From Blastocladiella emersonii ATCC 22665 (taxonomy: Eukaryota > Fungi > Blastocladiomycota), in the NCBI GenBank assembly GCA_025594325.1, contig JANHCV010000013.1, forward strand, positions 372,001 through 436,000: a stretch of DNA of 64,000 nucleotides, given 5' to 3'. The notes beneath the pieces are model-generated. The model saw only the letters and a program-made list of their open reading frames with translations, searched no databases and was not told the origin of the DNA. Each line of letters begins with the position of its first letter. Position 1 is the stretch's first letter. Shown piece after piece: positions 60,423 to 64,000 of the stretch. A program made the translations under genes and the position numbers.

Positions 60423-61386
60423 CCAGGCCGCGGGGCTGACTTTGCCGTGATTTCGTTCTCCTCGTTCCCCGCGCCGCTGTTGTAAATATCGATTCCTTTG
60501 TCACGCTCTATCGAGCTCAACCTCGCCGTCGGGGAGTTGCAGCTTGGCGGACCGTGAGACGAGCTGTGAGACGCGTCGAGAAAACACGTGGGGGTCATTG
60601 GCACGTGACGTGGCTGGGCTGGTGACTCGGCGCGCGTCGGCCGGCGGTCTCAGGACTTGCCGCCGCGCGGCGGCTGCTCCCCGCCCACGCTCTGTCAATG
60701 CATCCGCCCCACCACGAATCACGCTAATCATCGCCGCGCTGCAGCCTCGTCGTCCACCGCCACTGGGTACGCCCCGCGCGCCTCGCTGCCTCCTCGCTGC
60801 GCCGCGCTCGCCGTCGCCGCGCTTGGCTCCAGTCGCAACGAACGTTACGGCGAGAGCCCGGCACGCTGCCGCCGGCCACGCTCGCCACCGCGCTGTACCG
60901 CGCGAGCTGTCCTGCCGTCATCGCGCCGTGGGTGCTGTCTTGCCGCCATCATGTCGCCGCCGTGCGTGCGCATGTCTCACGTGCGCGCGACGCGCTGTTG
61001 TGAGCTGGCCCCGCCTGGACTCTGCCTTGCGGCGACAGGGCACGGCGCAGCGCGAGGAGACGCACCCGCCGCGTCGACAGCCGCGCGCGCATGAACCAAT
61101 GGGACTAACGACGGAGCGGCGCTCGTGTAGCTGGCCGCGCGCGCGTCCGAGTCCGTGGTCTCAAGCCCTTTGACTCACGAGTACCCGATCATCGACCTGG
61201 CCGCGCGCCACACTGTACGCTGCTGGCTGCGCGTCAGTTCCGCGCGCCTCGGTGTCACAGCGCGCATCTGTACAGTTGGTGAGCTCGCTCAAGCTTCTCG
61301 GTCGCGGCCGCCACGCGGCTCAAGTCCATGTCGCGGGTACGCTCGCTCGACTTGGTCCTGAGGCGAACGCGGCTCTGACTCGCCCT
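60423..61386. repeat. Copy 2 of the inverted duplication (partner 3565-4534)
   Basis: 60423-61244 is the near-identical reverse complement of 3713-4534; diverged extension to about 61386. Confidence 0.95.
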
Positions 61387-61545
61387 CTCATGATTGTGGG
61401 ATACATTTTTCTTTTGGTACAGACTCAAAATTTGCCAACGGCACAACACACATGCCACAATCATGGATGGCTGGCTCATTAAACAATTATAACAAAAAGA
61501 GTTGGCTCTGCGGCCGAGTACTTGGCAAAGCCGACCTTGGCAAAC

Positions 61546-62028
61546 TTAGACGAAAACAAGCGAGGCGCCGTTCCACTTGAACTTCGACTGGCTGGTTCCT
61601 GTTACCATGCGAAGAGCGTTATTGTTGACGCAAGCAGAAATGGTCACCGTGCCTCGGGCAGGAGCAAACTTGGACATCGACTTGGGGCCAACGTCAACGT
61701 GGGTGTTGCGGTTGTTCCAATCCAACACCACGAACGTGACATTCTCGTCGCTGTCGTTGATCAAAGTAAGGTAGTGGATTGGGATGAGGTTGCTGAGTTT
61801 TTCGCCGGCCGCACGCGAATAGTGGATTGACGAATACGAGGTGCAGGAAGGAAACTTGAATTTCATCTTGAGGCCGTTTCCGGGGGCCGCGTTGACCTTG
61901 ACCGTGTCGCCTGGGTGGATGGTGTAGGCCGAGTAGCACGTGGAGTAGATGGTGTCAGCAGCGTTGTAGGACAAGACGGTCACCGTTTCGGGGTGGTCGT
62001 TGTAAACTTTACAGCTGGCGTTGCCCAT
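61546..62028 (-). CDS. 160-aa orphan protein, beta-rich, two internal pseudo-repeats, possible N-myristoylation (MG-)
   Basis: Intronless ORF starting MGNASC. Repeats VYNDHPETVTVLSYN and LINDSDENVTFVVLD. TATA-like element upstream. Confidence 0.7.
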   Translation of the reverse strand: MGNASCKVYNDHPETVTVLSYNAADTIYSTCYSAYTIHPGDTVKVNAAPGNGLKMKFKFPSCTSYSSIHYSRAAGEKLSNLIPIHYLTLINDSDENVTFVVLDWNNRNTHVDVGPKSMSKFAPARGTVTISACVNNNALRMVTGTSQSKFKWNGASLVFV

Positions 62029-62103
62029 GTTGTTGATATCGTGGAAGTCTAGGTTGGTGGCTTACTATTAGGGACCGCGCTTGGAGGGGGGAGGCCACCC
62101 TGA

Positions 62104-62111
62104 TTTTTATA
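62104..62111 (-). promoter_or_regulatory. Putative TATA box for the 160-aa ORF
   Basis: Minus-strand TATAAAAA 76 bp upstream of ATG 62028. Confidence 0.3.
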
Positions 62112-62171
62112 GGCCGAGGGCACAGGTACGTTGGTGCTTCGTTATAGCACTGCACGGTGGCCGCACAAGAT

Positions 62172-62368
62172 CTGCTCTCACCACCGCGCGGTGGACACAG
62201 CTGCTCTCACCACCGCGCGGTGGCCACAGCTGCTCTTACCACCGCGCAGTGGCCGCACAGCAGCTGCCCTTATTACCGCGCGGCGGCCGCACAACGTCTG
62301 CTCTCACCACCGCGCGGTCGCTGCACAACGTCTGCTCTCACCACCGCGCGGTGGCCGCACAGCGTCTG
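62172..62368. repeat. About six tandem 29-33-bp units, each centred on the palindrome CCACCGCGCGGTGG
   Basis: Unit approximately CTGCTCTCACCACCGCGCGGTGGCCGCACA. Perfect palindromes at 62181-62194, 62210-62223 and 62341-62354, with variants between. Confidence 0.9.
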
Positions 62369-62591
62369 CCTACAACAAGTACTTGAACGGCCGCTGCTCG
62401 TCCGCGCTCCTCCGCTCAACATCTCCTCTGCTATTCCACGATCGTTGCAGGCTTCAAGCTCAGCAAAACAAGTTTACATTCCCTTTGGCGTTACTGGCAT
62501 CACTTTCTCGAGTCGTTCCATTGGACGCAACCTTCAAGCCAAGCAAGCTTTACGGTTGTGTGTTTGCTTTGGTGTGTACATTTTCGCCGTC

Positions 62592-63914
62592 ATGAACAAG
62601 GGCGCCGATTCTGCGGTCCCCAACGCGGGCCTTCAACAGGCTTCTGGAGGTGCAGCTGGCCTTCTTGGGCGCCGTTCTCAAGCTGCTTTTCTTTATCGCG
62701 TCATGTCCGTTGACGAGCTTCTTGCACAGCCCGTTCGTGTCGCGGCTGGTCAAGCTCTGTCCCAGGTCTGGTTTTCCGAGTCGCTTAAACACACGCAAAA
62801 GTTTCTTCCCAAACGACTTAGCCAGGTCGCTGCTGGAACCTGGAACCCTGTGAGTGCTGTCCGTTTCACAGTTCCACGCAAGGTGTACCAAGCGATCCGT
62901 GAGCAGGCAATGTCGCAGCGCAACATCTCTCAGTTTCTCGGGCATCAAAATTCTCAGTTCAATTTCGAGCAACTGCTTCAGCTTCCCAAGGACAGCCCGC
63001 TGACCAAACCTGGTGCCCTTCTTGGAAAGGGGCCCAAGGCAAATTTGTACCTTGGCGTTGAGGATGGCAAAAAGCTTACGCAGGCCATTAAGCTCGTTGA
63101 AGTTGCAGGTCCGCTGCCTCTTGGGTCTCCAGTCGATTCCATTAAAAGCAGCTCGTTTCATCACAGGGCCGTTATCAACCCAAACGGTACTGTCGACTTC
63201 AAGCCAGTGAAAAGCCTTCGAAAATTCTTTGCCGATCACCCCAAGTCTCTTAAATGTGTTGGCGCGACCATCGACCTTGTTCTATTTGGTGTGGCGCTTG
63301 GTACAAGCATTGCAACGGGTGACCCACGTCCTGCTGTTGAAACTGCGGTGACTATTGCTGGAGCGGCCGGAGCTGCCACAATCGCTTCCGCTTATGCTCC
63401 CATTGTTGGCGCTGCAGCTGTTGCGGGACCCTTAGCCGCTGCAGTGGGGGTGGCTATGGTGATTTCGCTGGTGTTTGACCTCCTCTGGCCCTGCACGAAC
63501 CCTGTTTATCATGTGCCAGTTGCACCAGGGCCGGGCCCCCCTAACATCATGCGGCAGGCCATTTCTATGAGCAGCTTGCCTGGTATGCAGCAGGCGATCC
63601 GCTTGATCCCGCAAGGGCCTCCTCAGGTCATGACAAGTGTTTTCCCTCTCCGCGGCCAGCCTGTCTTGTTCGAACAAGCTGCTCGGGAGCCCTTGGAATG
63701 TGCAATGGTTCGGGTCGAGTCCTCACAGCTTGAGAAAGGCGAGGTGGTCATTGGAGTCTTTGGAGAGAGCGACGATCCAAACGCCGAAGTGGTTGTTGTC
63801 TCCACTGACGTGGAAACGGCGGAAACTGGATTCATGCTGACTGAAACGGTCGCTGGCACGAAAGACGGCAAGGTCGTGGTCAGGCTCTCAAACCTGATCA
63901 ATGTTGACAAGTAG
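62592..63914 (+). CDS. 440-aa toxin-like protein: ART-like N-terminal domain, hydrophobic Gly/Ala-rich segment, beta-rich C-terminal domain
   Basis: Intronless, lower GC. LYRVMSVDEL...VWFSES...AVRFTVP...FNFE...ANLYLG gives an R-S-E-like layout. Long hydrophobic stretch VGATIDLVLFGVALG...VAMVISLVFDLLW. ATG 62592 is in frame with the 585-aa ORF call, whose extra N-terminus is translated tandem repeat. Confidence 0.55.
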   Translation: MNKGADSAVPNAGLQQASGGAAGLLGRRSQAAFLYRVMSVDELLAQPVRVAAGQALSQVWFSESLKHTQKFLPKRLSQVAAGTWNPVSAVRFTVPRKVYQAIREQAMSQRNISQFLGHQNSQFNFEQLLQLPKDSPLTKPGALLGKGPKANLYLGVEDGKKLTQAIKLVEVAGPLPLGSPVDSIKSSSFHHRAVINPNGTVDFKPVKSLRKFFADHPKSLKCVGATIDLVLFGVALGTSIATGDPRPAVETAVTIAGAAGAATIASAYAPIVGAAAVAGPLAAAVGVAMVISLVFDLLWPCTNPVYHVPVAPGPGPPNIMRQAISMSSLPGMQQAIRLIPQGPPQVMTSVFPLRGQPVLFEQAAREPLECAMVRVESSQLEKGEVVIGVFGESDDPNAEVVVVSTDVETAETGFMLTETVAGTKDGKVVVRLSNLINVDK

Positions 63915-64000
63915 CGCAGAGATTGTGCGGGATTCGTGTTGTTGACAATGAGTTTTGTTTCATTTATTTGAGGTTTGTTTTCATACGACCTCGAGCGCGG

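Noticed and set aside
62157-62591. N-terminal 145 aa of the 585-aa ORF call, and the repeat as a CRISPR array
   Set aside because: It is largely a translated tandem repeat upstream of a good ATG at 62592. Units abut without unique spacers and there are no cas genes.
1-64000. Starship-like or Polinton-like giant element
   Set aside because: No tyrosine-recombinase captain, protein-primed polymerase, integrase or capsid ORF was recognised.

Overview
GC-rich, intron-containing eukaryotic DNA. Introns are short (about 70 bp) with GTACG-type donors and CTGAC/CTAAC branch points; an early-diverging or zoosporic fungus is my best inference. The window is dominated by transposons and decayed gene fragments. 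The clearest structure is a nested transposon stack at 40101-58682. Innermost is an apparently intact 7,007-bp AcademH-type element (45914-52920; 17-bp perfect TIRs, 9-bp TSD, DUF6589-type transposase plus RecQ-like helicase). It lies inside a 10.5-kb CAC...GTG element with a 2-bp TSD (43524-54037). That element interrupts a gene of an 18.6-kb CAC...GTG element with a 2-bp TSD, which itself looks like two diverged Plavaka/CACTA-like units joined head to tail. Intact-looking non-TE genes of interest are (i) an MLKL-like helical-bundle/pseudokinase/Sel1-repeat gene next to a stand-alone pseudokinase (6.8-11.9 kb) and (ii) an intronless ADP-ribosyltransferase-like, toxin-like ORF divergently paired with a small orphan ORF (61.5-63.9 kb). 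The rest holds frameshifted fragments of conserved genes (Slo/BK channel, ATR/MEC1, XMAP215/STU2, PP2C-like, glycosyltransferase-like, PIF1-like helicase). It also holds two paralogous C2H2 zinc-finger genes, lower-GC membrane-protein ORFs, two MITE-like elements and an about 820-bp near-identical inverted repeat pair bracketing about 56 kb. All protein-family calls come from motif recognition by eye; no database search was run. No rRNA, tRNA or CRISPR array was recognised.
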